DNA of 64,000 nt, from the NCBI GenBank assembly GCA_951406725.2, contig OX597822.1:81964001-82028000 (forward strand), read 5' to 3'. The notes under the pieces were generated by a model, which made no database searches, had not been told where the DNA came from, and worked only from the letters and a program-made list of their open reading frames with translations. This DNA is from Octopus vulgaris (lineage: Eukaryota). The translations under genes and the position numbers were made by a program. Below, in pieces: positions 26,263-38,960 of the stretch. The first letter of the stretch is position 1. Each line of letters opens with the position of its first letter.

Positions 26263-28744
26263 TTAATCAAATATATATACCTACATTTCTTATTGGATCG
26301 ATATTTTTTTTTTTTTTTTTTTTTTGCAGTCATTAGACTGTGGCCGTGCTGGGGCATCACCTTGAATTTTTGAATGAATTAACCCCATTACTTTTTTTAA
26401 GCCTGGTACTTGGTCTCTTGCCAAACAACCAACGCACCAACGCCAGTTGCCAAGCAGTGGTGAGGGTAACAAACATACGCACACATCATCATCATCATTG
26501 TTTAATGTCTACCTTCCATGCTAGCATGGGTGGGATGGTTTCACAAAAGCCTGCATCAGACTGGAGTCTGGTGCAGCCTTCCAGCTTGCCAGCCCTGGTC
26601 AAACCATCTAAACCCATACCAGCATGGACAGCAGATGTTAAATGATGATGATGTTGATGATGACTCAATGGGCTTCTTTTAGTTTCTGTCTACCAAATCT
26701 ACTTACAATGCTTTGGTCGGCCTGGGTCTATAGCAGAAGGTACCACACAGTCATGTCAGTGCCTATGATGATCATCATCATCGTTTAACGTCCGCCTTCC
26801 ATGCTAGCATGGGTGAGACAGTTTCACAAAAGCCGGTCAGACTGAAGCCTGCACCAAGCTTCTGTGACTGTTTTGGCAGGATTTTTACAGCTGGATTCTC
26901 TTCCTAACACCAACCACTCAGCAGAGTGGGCTTACAGCTTTTTACGTGCCACAAGCACAGATGTGGTCAGTAGTGCTTCTAGATTTTATTTCCCCTCATA
27001 CATTCTCTAATGTTTACATACACTCATCCTCTCAGAAGTGTGTGTAAATACTTATTCTGCCTGAGTTTATGTTTATTACATAAACCTTTGGCACATATTA
27101 TCAGCGTCTTGATTCACATGTGGACAATGTCTGTCACTGTGGAAATATATGGAATTGGTCTGTTAAACAAGACTATTCACGGTGTCCAGTCCTGGCTGTC
27201 ATTTTTCATTCTGGTTGACTTGTCTTTTTATTTTTATCCTTCACCAGTCAATAAATACCTGGCAAAAATAGAATGGGCTTATTTCAGAGTGTAAATGTTT
27301 TGAAGCTGGTCAGTCAGCAGGATCAGAAGCCAGGGGCTAAAACCCTGTAAGAGAATGAAACAGGACTGTCTTGGTGGATGGTTGTACATGATGACGTTAA
27401 CATAGTAATATTATTATTATTAGTAGTCATAGACGGCAGGTGAAATGCTTAGCGATATTTCATCTGTCTTCATGTTCTGAGTTCAAATTCTGTCAAGGTC
27501 ATCTTTGCCTTTCATCTTTTCAGGGTCAATAAATTAAGTACCAGTTACACACTGGGGTCAATGTAATAATAAGGTGTTAGAATCGTAAGCAGACCAGGCA
27601 TTTTGTCCATCTTAACAATGAGTTCAAATACTGTCAAAGTTGACTTTGCCTTTCATCCTTTTGGGGTTGATGAATTAAGTTCCAGTGAAACACTAGGGTC
27701 AATGTAATCAACTAGTTCCCTCTTGCAAAATTTCAGGTCTTGTGCCTTTCGTATAAAGGACTATTATTATTAGTTTGTCCTTTATTGTCAAAAATGACAA
27801 AAGACATCACATGGGAGGACACAATGGTAGTTTGTGAAGTGAGATTTATGAGGGACGTTGGTTTGAAGCTGAGAGCTGGACTAGTTTCTTTAGATTTACA
27901 TGAAGTGGCTATTTGTGGGTTGGGAGAGTGAATATCTAATGTTCTGCCTCTTATTTCGGTGGGTTTTGTATTTGGTTTGCAAGATTCTTGATGTGAATTT
28001 CATCATCATTTAACATCTGTCTTCTATGCTGGTATGAATTTGTGTTTTGAAACGTTTTGTTGTATCTCTAACTGATCGATTAATTGACTGAATGATTAAT
28101 CAAACAATCAATTAATTAAAAGGAAGTAAAATAGAACCAGTGCATGTTGATTATTGGCATAATGACCTTCCCATGATACGCCAAAATAAGTTTAATGTTT
28201 TCTTATATTGTAGTTTTCTTATTCAAACATCACTTACTTATATTTTTTTCAGCATCAGGAAACAAGTATATTAGTAACATACACATGTGTCATTTGACGT
28301 CTGCTTTTCATGCTAGCATGGGTTGGATGGTTTGACTGATGGCTGGCAAGTCAGGAGGCTGCACCAGGCTCCAATCTGATCTAGCAGTGTTTCTACAGCT
28401 GAATACCCTTCTTAATGCCAACCACTCCACAAGTATAGTGGATGCTTCTTATGTGCCACCGGCACGAGGGCCTGTCCAGTGGCACTGGCATCGACCATGC
28501 TCGAATGGAGCTTTTTACATGCCATAGGCACTGGTATCAGCCACGCTATATAATCATTTAATATCCATTTTCCATAATGACATTGGAATTTGATGCAGCC
28601 CTGCAACTCACTGGATCCTGTCAAACCATCCAACCCACGCCAGCAAGGAAATAGGACATTAAATGGTGAGATATATATATATATATATATATTAGAGAGA
28701 GAGAGATGAAATTTTCTTAATGCAAATTGTTTCTTTATTTTTAG

Positions 28745-28883
28745 GGCATTCCAACATCAACACTTCGACTTCCTCTCAACATAGCATTAGAAGGTGGCAC
28801 CTCATATATAGCCACTTCTAACAGCACTGGTAGTGTTGAACATTCTCCTCCTGTTTCACCATATGATGATTTCGACCAAGAAG
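28745..28883 (+). CDS. NOSTRIN: NOSTRIN-like exon (linker)
   Basis: tttag|GGC...GAA G|gttctc; GIPTSTLRLPLNIALEGGTSYIATSNSTGSVEHSPPVSPYDDFDQE; phase 0-1. The donor is weak, so the 3' boundary is less certain. Confidence 0.75.
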
Positions 28884-29101
28884 GTTCTCATTCAAGCTTT
28901 TTCTCCTTGTTTTTCTTTCTTGTGAACTTGCACAACTCTATCACCCCAGAAACACACAGACCAGGTCTAACATTCTGTCTGCCCTCATCTCCACTTCCAC
29001 CACCATCTGGTCCTTAGAGGAAATAACACAGTTCACTCTGCTGCCAATATTTATGCCAAACCTCCTGGTTTTATACATCATTCATGTTTTTCCTTCTACA
29101 T

Positions 29102-29342
29102 CAGTGGTTGTCATCTAGGTTCCATGTATCTTTTGGGGCCCATGTAAGATTTTGTTAAAATTCATGTGCAATGAATTGGTTTTACCTCTACAAATGCACA
29201 AAATATTTTTACAATTTTTATACAGTCCCTAATGAGATTTAATTATAAAAATGTATTCAGATTTTTTTAAGCACCTAATGGCTATGGGAGTCCATCCATG
29301 TAGAATAGGAATCAAATGGGTAAAAATGGTTAAGAAACAATA
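29102..29342. mobile_element. old hAT-type MITE
   Basis: CAGTGGTTGTCA...TTAAGAAACAATA; imperfect 8-bp TSD ttctacat / aactacat. Confidence 0.5.
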
Positions 29343-29377
29343 AACTACATCAAGTGAGGGACTAGCTACAAAGGACA

Positions 29378-29800
29378 TGTCGTTTAACGTCCACTTTCCA
29401 TGCTGGTATGGGTTGGATGGTTTGACTGAGGGCTGGCAAGCCAGAAGGCTGCACTAGGCTCCAATCTGAGCTGGCAAAGTTTCTACAGCTGGATGCCTTT
29501 CCTAATGCCATCCTCTCCAAGAGTGTAGTGGGTGCTTTTTACGTGCCACCAGTATGCAGGCCAGTCAGGCAGTACTGGCAACGACCACGCGTGAATGGTG
29601 CTTTTTATATGCCTCCAGCACGGGAGCCAGTCAAGCAGGACTGGCATCAACCACACTCAAGTGGTATCTTTTACATGTCACCGGCATGGGAGCCAGTCAG
29701 GTGGCACAGGCAACGGCCACACTTGAATGGTGCTTTTTACATGCCACTGGCAATGGCCACACTCGAATGATGCTTTTTACGTACCACCAGCATGGGTACC
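29378..29800 (-). repeat. RTE 3' UTR copy with internal ~66-bp minisatellite
   Basis: Units starting GGTGCTTTTTAC/ATGCC at ~29531, 29598, 29663 and 29729. Confidence 0.75.
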
Positions 29801-30381
29801 CATAAATGAAATTCTATTCTTTATAGAAACTGCAATACTAAATGAGTAAATGTATCTTCAACTTAGTCATTACTATATATGTGTGCTGTTTATCTTGTCA
29901 AAGACCACTTGTGTCATTCAGGAATAAAATGGTCGGTAGAGTAATAGGGCAGATGGCACTCTCTTTCATGATCTACTTGTTTTATTTCTGGGTTCAGTCC
30001 CACTGCATGGCACCTTTTGGCAAGTATCTTCTCATATAGCCCTGCACTGGCTAAAGTTTTGTGTGTGGATTTGGCAGACAAAAACCGAAAGAGGCCTGTC
30101 ATGTTCATGTATGTATGTTTACAATGTTAGTGTGTCTTTGTGTTGACTGAAACAAAAGACACACACACACAGTAAAGTAGTTGGCTTTAGGAAGGGCATC
30201 CATCCATAAAAGCCAAGCCAGATTAGACTGCAGTTTAGTACAGGCCCTCCAGCTTGCCAACATGGAAAACAGACATTAAACAACGATTATGGTGGTACAC
30301 ACTTATTATATCTACCCCACCTGTCTCTTTCATATATATAAATGTACAGATATTTGACTATGTTTCTTTACCTTTTTACAG

Positions 30382-30504
30382 AATTTTCTGATGACGAGTT
30401 TGACAATAATTATGAGTATCCAGGTAGTGTTGGCAGTACTGGCCAATGCCGAGTAATGTATGATTACTCAGCGAACGCTGATGATGAGCTTGACATCAAA
30501 CTAG
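30382..30504 (+). CDS. NOSTRIN: NOSTRIN-like exon (acidic linker and SH3 N-half)
   Basis: tacag|AA TTT...CTA G|gtaaga; (E)FSDDEFDNNYEYPGSVGSTGQCRVMYDYSANADDELDIKL(G); phase 1-1. Confidence 0.92.
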
Positions 30505-30519
30505 GTAAGACACTTTTTA

Positions 30520-31053
30520 CCGTTCTATATTTAAGAGATAAGCAATTATGTACATTTGTTTGTTGTTAACACAATGTTTCAGCTGATATACCCTCTCACC
30601 GTCATCAGGTGTCTTGGAAAAATTTCGAACCTGGGTTCTCATTCCTAAGGTATTTTTCAATGTTATCATTATTATTATTAAAATTATTCAGGTCACTGCC
30701 TGGAATTGAACTCGGAATCTTGGGGTTAGTAGTCCATGGGCATATGGCGTAGTGGTTAAGAGCGCGGGCTACTAACCCCAAGATTCAGAGTTCAGTTCCA
30801 GGCAGTGACCTTAATAATGATTAATAATGACAACATCAAGAAATACCTTAGGAATGAAAACCCAGGTTTGAAATTTCTCCAAGACACCTGATGAAGGCTG
30901 GAGGGTATATCAGCTGAAACATGTTAACAACAAAGGAATGAAAACCCAGGTTCAAAATTTCCTCAAGACACCTAATAAAGGCTGGAGGGTATATCAGCCA
31001 AAACGGTGTGTTAACAACAAACAAGATGAGGACAAATATCTGTCAAATGTAAA
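30520..31053. mobile_element. inverted-dimer tRNA-head/hammerhead (Penelope-like, retrozyme-like) element, locus 1
   Basis: Head-to-head arms; tRNA-like head 30738-30810; hammerhead core CTGATGA 30888-30894 and GAAAC 30916-30920; extra tandem degenerate unit ~30965-31012; 14-bp TSD TAAGACACTTTTTA at 30506-30519 and 31054-31067. Confidence 0.85.
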
Positions 31054-33402
31054 TAAGACACTTTTTAGTTTTAAAAATAACAAAAAAATCTCTTTTCTCT
31101 GTTCTGTTGACTAACAACATATCAGTTCCTTCTACTATTATTATTATTATTATTAAGTTACTACCACATAGTAAAGAGTATTAATAACTTAAATATCCAC
31201 TACTGTTTCTCGTTAATCCGTCCTGATACAAAAGCTGTAGTTTATGCTATCATTGACTGCTTCTATTCACTAATCTCTTCTATTTTTGTTGTGGCTTAAT
31301 CCCAAGATAGCTTTAACAAATTGTGATCAAAGGTATTCCAGCCAATGGGGATTCTACCTTTATGTGTGTATGAATGGGTTTTGAAGCCTGTCCTTTTCCT
31401 TAATGGCCTATCAACTTGGAGGAATCTTTAATTCTTGAGATTACACTCCACTGGCCACTTTGTCCAACCCATGCCAGCATAGAAAGCAGACGTTAAACAA
31501 CAATGATGATGACTAAGTTATTTTTCTTAGCTCATTTCTAAATTATATGCATGTAGTCTTGGTCTGGTTTCTGCTGTATTTGGCAGTATTACTGTGTATG
31601 CTACACAGACCGAATGCAGGAAAACCTATGATAAACACAAACTACAGTCCCTGCCATTTGTTCCCTATTACGCTAGATTACCAACTGAGAAGACCGAAGC
31701 AACATAAAATGAAGAGTTTTGCTCAAGAGCACAATGCATCGCCCATCTTACAATCCTGAGTCCAACACCCTAACCACTAAGCCATGCACTTCCACTGGGT
31801 AGATATAGAGAATGAAATGTGAAGGGAGAAGTAGAATAGGTTGTTGTTTAAACCCTGAACAAACTGATATGCAATCAAAAGCGTTCTTGCCATGACCATA
31901 CTATTTATATGTGTATTTTTCAGGGTGGGATTAAAAGGAGATTTGGCTGCTATTTTTTGGCAGATCAAGCCTCCACATCGAACAGGTGTGGGGGAACCTC
32001 TCTCCAGCATACAACTTCAAAAATCCCCCATTTTCAAGGTCTCTTAGAATTCACAGAAAAAGGCCAAAACAAAAAATTTATTATAAACTACGTAGTTATG
32101 TAATTGAAAATTAAATAACCCCCCCCCCCCCCACCCGAAGTGCACCCTTGCAGTTCTGCTTTATTGCTAAAGAGGTTCTCTCCAACTGATTAATCCACTG
32201 TTGGTGCTCTTATCTAACATACTGAATTATCTCCCTTCTATCATGTTCCTTGGTTCGTTATAGGCTACATGTAGTCTATACGAAGTGGGTGGAATGAATA
32301 TATTCCTTAAGTCTCAGACTGTGGTTCCTGATTTGAAGTGCTGCACTCTCAGAAGATGCAAGATGGCATTTCAGTGGGTACAACAAAGAGGAATGGTGAA
32401 TATTTTATTGACATTGTTTTTCGAAATAAAATTAAGCAATTCTTGAAAATAGTTATTAACACACACCAAGAACTGAGTCTTTGTCACATTTCCAGTGAAC
32501 ATATTCGTATCATCATCATCGTTTAACGTCCGTTTCCCATGCTGACATGGGTTGGACAGTTTGACTGAGCACTGGCGCACCAGATGGCTGCCCCAGGCTC
32601 CAATCTGATCTGGCAATGTTTCTACAGCTGGATGCTCTTCCTAACACCAACCACTCCGAGAGTGTAGTGGGTGCGTTTTACTGCCACAGGAGCCAGTCAG
32701 ATTGTGCATATGAATTTGGGTTTAGCTCTGTTTAGTTTAGCCCCTACTAAGAAAAATTATGAATCATCTGAATATACTGGCAGACTTGCAGAACATAACC
32801 AAAAAGTTCAATGTTATAAATTCATTTAAAAAACATTGTTGAATTCTGTATGTCACTTGACAAACTGTACCTGTTAACACCAGTCTGTTATAAATTATAC
32901 TGTGCTCTCATTGCTTAACAAGGATTTTGTCACTTTAATTACGTGAGCTGGTCTGCCTATCTTAAGTCAGCCTCCATCAAGGAAAAGAAGAAATAAAGGT
33001 TGAGATGTTTATGCCTTGGTCAATGGAGGTCAATGGACATTGCTGTCATAAAAATGACATGAAATAGTGTCAATTGAGAATTGAAATTGTGATTTGAGCC
33101 AAGGTAGCATCAATGTAGTTTGCTCAACCTGCTAGAAATAACAGCCAAATTTCCTTTAACTCACTGCATAAAATATAGTTTCAAGAAATTGGGCAGGATA
33201 GTCACTGCTGGAATGCCTTTAATAAGATGTTTGTTCATTTAGAACTGACCTGAAGTTAAAGAACAAAAGCCGTTATCTTGATTAGATTAAACAAGATCAG
33301 GATCTGAACTGAGATGGTTAATTCAACCTTAATTTATTTTTAGAAAACTTATTCACAAGCAAAGAATTGACCCTTAAAATTGTTTTGTTTTTATATTTTC
33401 AG

Positions 33403-33506
33403 GTGACATAATCAATGTTTACACTCGTCAACCTGATGGCTGGTGGCAAGGAGAGTTACATGGTAAAGTGGGGATATTCCCTGCTAACTATGTGGAGGAG
33501 ATTTAA
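33403..33506 (+). CDS. NOSTRIN: NOSTRIN-like terminal coding exon (SH3 C-half, stop)
   Basis: ttcag|GT GAC...ATT TAA; DIINVYTRQPDGWWQGELHGKVGIFPANYVEEI*, with canonical SH3 GWW and GxFPxNYV motifs. Confidence 0.93.
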
Positions 33507-35850
33507 CAGTTTTGTGTGTGTGTGTGTGCGTGCGTGTGTGTGACAGACTGAAACTTTTCAAAGGAACTGGGCAAAATTTTGGCAAATTCTGGAGACCAGA
33601 ATTTAAAAAAAAAAAAAAAGATTGAGTGGAATAAAAAAAAAAGCAAAAGACTGAACGTGAAAGACGAAGGGCAAGTAAAACTGAAGGAACTTCCTCCCTC
33701 ACCTTACACATCTCACACACAACCTGTGTTTGTGGATCAGAAACGAAGGACAAAACTACATCGGCTACAGCAATTGTCCTTTCAGCTTGTATATAGTGCT
33801 ACTACTACTACTATTATTCCTGTTACTACTACTACTACTACTCTAGTCATAATAGTCTTGACTTTATTATTTATCGGACAATGGATAAAACATGTCCGGT
33901 AGTTGAAAAATAGTCTGACATTGTTATCGGACAATTCAGTGTCCGATAGTTGGCTGTTGTCTATTCTATTTGCTTTTTTTCAGTCAGACAGGAGTTGTTA
34001 AACAACTTCCAGTTTTATTCTCCTTTTTAATTTATTTTTACTTTTCTTCTTGACAAATTCTCTGGTGATGTCTTTGGTGATATAAGCTCATGCCAAACTA
34101 AAATAAGATACAAAGAGGCTTTGTCTATCCGACTCTCTCTCTCTCACACACACACACACATTCATGTATTGCTTGTCGATCAAATCAATCCATGCTGTTG
34201 TACCTGATGCTGTCCCTTACCAACATATGAGTCACCCACTCTTGTGTTACTCCCTACACAACTCCAGGCTGCTCTGAATTTACTGTGAGCAGAAAGACCC
34301 TACTACCACCACCATTAATCCTTTATATGCTCTGCTATGTCAGTGGGACTTACTGGATGGTATTATATTATTGCTTAAAAACTAGAGATGGCCAACAAAC
34401 ATGTTTTTGAGCTTCAAAATCTTAGTTTAGCCGTTGAGTCATAACTCTCTCTGTTCAGCTAATTAAACAATGGGTCTTTCTCTTACTTAAAGATTGATTA
34501 GATTAACGGTAACAAAAAGGCTTACCTGCTAACATAAACTTTTGCATGTTCATAAAAGAAAATTGCTCCAATAGCATGCAAACTGTTAGAAAATATTCTC
34601 ACTCGTCTTAACATTGAAACATAGATGACAAGTGACAGCTTTTTATTGCTTGGCAGTATTAAAAGTGCAGTTTAGCAGATCTTGTAATGGTCTTTTGTAA
34701 TTCAGTGTTGTTATTGGAAGTATCAGGTTGGAGTTCACTTGAGTTAGTTATCATAGACTTAATCAGTCACAGAGACAACTTTGTTCCTGTCTAAAATATG
34801 AAGAAGCTCAATCGTATTATAGACTTGTTTTCACCGATAGTTAGAATGTAGTCCTAAACTGCACTACAGGCTAAGAGAATCTGAACTGAATCATTTTAGG
34901 TATTGTCTTTCTCTCTGCTGCTGTTGATTCTGTTGTTGTCAGTAATACTCTAAAACCTAGGTGATGTGTATTTTACTGTAACAGACTGCTTGGACTATTG
35001 AGAATTAGTGGAGAGGAAAATTTTTTTTGAAATATAAAATTTGATCTGTGGAATTCTACCACTGATGATTCGTAGGCCAGCAATATTAACAACTAGGAAA
35101 AGTATTCTAGATAACCCTACATATCTGTCCTCTTAAAAATAAAATGACACAAACATTCTGCTCTTCTGAACATTGCCAAAACACCAAGAACAAAAAAAAA
35201 AAGCAACAAAATGACCACAGCCCTGTTTGTAAATAGCAAGTCCCAACTGGCCATGTGGTTGTTAGGACACAATTGACTTCCTCGTGATGCTGTTTGGAAG
35301 TCCCTCCTCTCTACAGGCTAAACACACACTCACAGGAAAACTTAAACAAATGAATGAAACCCTCTCATCAAATTTACTATGTTCCCACCACACCTTTTTC
35401 TCTGGATTTTGGGCCATGGATGGACACACAGCAAAGCACCAGCAATAGGAGACTACACAAAAATCACTGAATGCTTTCAGCTGAAAAGTTTGGCATCCTT
35501 AAATTCAAAACTCAGCCTGCTGTGACTGTTATATATATGTATATATATAAAGTAAAATGAAAGCAAAAAAACAAAAAACAAAAAAAAACGTGCATTTACT
35601 ACAAACTGCACATTGCTGTTATGGAATCACGCATAAAACTGATGCAGTGACATACCTTGTTAATACTTAACATTTTGGTTTTGGTGGTTCTATTCACACA
35701 TTTGGAGATACACCAGAAGGAATCTTTCAATTTGGATTTATTAAAAAAAAAAAAACTTCTCAAAATAAGTAATTTTAAGCTTTTAAATTTGTTGATCTAA
35801 ATAAATACTTAATAAAGAGCAATGGAATTTTCCAGAGACTTTGAAAGCAC
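33507..35850 (+). other. probable 3' UTR of the NOSTRIN-like gene
   Basis: Follows the stop codon; ~2.3 kb without the SINE and RTE-tail copies that fill the flanks; ends at tandem AATAAA. Confidence 0.6.
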
Positions 35851-35885
35851 ATACATTTTGTCTTTTGTTTATGTTGTTGTTGGGT
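35800..35885 (+). terminator. polyadenylation signal(s) with downstream U/GU-rich element
   Basis: AATAAA at 35800-35805 and 35811-35816, then ttttgtcttttgtttatgttgttgttgggt at ~35856-35885. Confidence 0.6.
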
Positions 35886-36067
35886 CTTGGTTTCAGGTGG
35901 AATGAACGACATTCAACTCCAGTGGAATCAGAACACACATGAATGACACTAAATGAAGGTGTAAAGTGGTTGTGGGTTTAAGTCACAAGGGACGAAACCT
36001 GAAACCACAGGGAACAGAAACAGAGGATATACACATATATAACATACATACACACATATATAATAAT

Positions 36068-36460
36068 AATGAAATTATTGTGCTCAGATGCAGTACAATT
36101 CATCAAAGGTTCATGTCAGGTACATGGAATTATGTAGGAAGGTGACCAGTGTATGAGTCATGATATACATGCGTGCTTGCATGTGGGAGGATATGAGGTG
36201 TAGTGTTGGTGAATTTCAGGAAGCATGGAAGTTTTAAAGGATGTAATGTCTCAGCAACTAACAACTGATGTAGGTAGTTTGTTCCACGCTTCAGCAATTC
36301 TGAGTGTGAAAAAGTGTTTCTGAAAGTCATGGGAGCTGTGCTGTATTGACTTTGTAGGCATGCCCACATGCGTTAGACACATGGAGCTCAAGATTGTTGT
36401 TCGCATGATGGTTAATTATTTTGTGGGTGTTTACCAAGTCAGTTGCCAGACATTGGAATT
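36068..36460 (-). mobile_element. CR1-type LINE 3' end
   Basis: CLATDLVNTHKII...CGHAYKV...FRKHFFTLRIAEAWNKLP (frameshifted) is a CR1 ORF2 C-terminus; the same 3' terminus recurs at ~48885-48965. Confidence 0.75.
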
Positions 36461-38960
36461 TCAATATATATATATATATATATCCGATAGCCTGTCTGGC
36501 ACCTGTGTCGGTGGCACATAAAATCACCCACTACACTCTCGGTGGTTGGCGTTAGGAAGGGCATCCAGCTGTAGAAACACTGCCACATCTGACTGGCCTG
36601 GTGCAGCCTTCGGGCTTCCCAGACCCCAGTTGAACCGTCCAACCCATGCTAGCATGGAAAGCGGACGTTAAACGATGATGATGATATATATATATATATA
36701 CACACACACACACGCGCGCGCGCGTGCTCATGTATGTCTACATTCATTTATGTATGTATACATACATACATACACACACACACAAGAGGTAGTCATGTAA
36801 AAAAAATATATAAAGTCTCACAGAAGATAATAGAATCAGAAACCTGATACCAAAGGTTTCATGCCAATATATTCAGTTATTCAGTCAGTTTGGTTAATGA
36901 TTAGCAACTTTGCCATTCAAATAGCAATACTGTTATTTGAGATTTCTTAAGATTACAGATATTGCAAGATGTGAAACGGCAATGAACAGGTAGTAAAAAA
37001 AAAAAAATTTAAAGGGAAGTAATCATTCAAGGACTGTAGTATTGGTTACTTCCCTTTTGATTTTACTTAGCAAGACCTGGATATATCCGCATATATTTTC
37101 ATATATTTGTACGCATATTCCTGATTGTGTTTACGTTGCATCTGTCTCAGGGGTGGGGCCTGAGGGGCATATGGCCCCTTCTAAATAGTGTTATTACGCT
37201 CTTTTCTCCTGGAATTGTATTCCCTTCTGATCTTGTGGCCTCTCTTTGAAAAATTCCTAGGACTGGCCCTGTGTCTCATTGGTAATCACTTCTGTTTTCT
37301 AATCAACCATTTATGTATCAGACTAAATGCTGTCTGTATAGTCTGATCAATGGACAGTCACGGAGTTGATGGATTACTAGCATTCTGTCAGTTATGGCAA
37401 CAAGAGTTCCAGTTGATTCGGTCAACAGAACTGCCTGCTTGTGATATTCTTTTCTACTCTAGGCACAAGGCCTGAAATTTGGGAGGAGGTGGGGGCGGAG
37501 TCGAGTAGATCGACCCAGTACGCAACTAGTACTTAAAATTTGGGGGGAGGGGAGAGTCGAGTAGATCGACCCCAGTATGCAACAGGTACTTAATTTATTG
37601 ACCCCCAAAAGGATGAAAGGCAATGTCAACCTTGGCGGAATTTGAAATCGGAGCGTAAAGACAGACGAAATACTGCTAAGTGTTTCGGCCAATGTGCTAA
37701 CATTTCTGCCATCTCACCGCCTTCCTGCTTGTGATATTGACATGCAGGTGGTTGAGTACTCCATGGACATGAGTGCTCTTAACATAGATCTCAGGGAGAT
37801 TCAGCGGTGACATAGCGTGTGTCATGGCTGGTCTTTTTGAAATACAGATATAACTCATTTTTGCCAGCTGACTGGACTAGAGCAATGTGGAATAAAGAGT
37901 CTTGTCCAAAGATACTACACACTGCTGGGAATCGAAATCATGAGCTGAATACCAAAACCACAAAGCACATGCCTTCACAGTCGATGGATAATTGAGGAGA
38001 GAGAAAGTATATACATTATAATTGTGGGAGGGGAGAAAGAAACAGTCTGGGGTTACATCCAAGCCTGTTCCTTTCCCCATTGTTAATATAAATATATATT
38101 CTCAAGGTAAACATTAGTATGTATTCAATTTGTATTGATATTTTAATTAGCAGAGAATACAAAATAATTCCATTCATTCAAAGACAGGAGTGCTGACAAG
38201 AAGCATTTTTGTTGTATGATATCAAAGCAACTGTTTCTTTAGGGGTGACACCCTGTAAATGCTTCCCTGTGCATCTATAGTTTGTATCAAAATATAAACA
38301 TGAGCAGGGGTCTGTTATCTATCAGGGTAATCCATTGTATTAATTATCATGAGGTATATCTTATGCATAGCAGTCATCGTTGCAGCATTATTAGTCTCGT
38401 CATCCTTCTTCACCACACTTGCACAAGTCGGACAGCATTCATTGAAGCAGATTTTCTAAGACTGGATACCTTTACCTGTTTCTAAGCAGGATAATATTTC
38501 TCCATTGTCAGACATGTTTTTGCAAAATAGAACTAAATGCCATTCATCTACAACCCTCTTGTATATGTACATATATGTGGATCAGTGTGTTTATGTCTAA
38601 TTGTCTTGATATCATGTGATAGTCACAAACGAGTGTCACTGTCATACAAGCAGTGTTATTCATTTCCAGTATTCCATGAAGACATATTTGGCCATTTAAA
38701 AACAGGTGAACTGAGGTTTAGCTACGGGAAGGGCATCCAGCTGTGAAAAATCTACCTCGGTAAATTTAATCTGACCCATGAAAGCTTGGAAAAGTGGATG
38801 CTGAAACTTGATAAGACAATATCTTTTTTCTTTTGAAATATTTGATAAAATGCACAAGGTTCCTAGATATATTAAACAGTAGACATGTGGGTTTTGTTAG
38901 CAAAAACTGAGGCATAAACTTATGATGAAAGATGTTCTATCCACAAACCTCCCATCTTTT

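Noticed and set aside
30738-30810. tRNA-like sequence with apparent anticodon ACT (also ~60880-60952 and the SINE heads)
   Set aside because: The acceptor stem pairs poorly and the sequence is embedded in dispersed repeats, so these are SINE-type heads, not tRNA genes.
33579-33902. 107-aa ORF after the NOSTRIN stop
   Set aside because: Non-ATG start with poly-A and (ACT)n-derived residues; lies in the 3' UTR.
37145-37276. Small GC-ended element (CAGGGG...GCCCTG)
   Set aside because: Possibly a decayed MITE, but the TIR and TSD could not be defined and only one copy is present.
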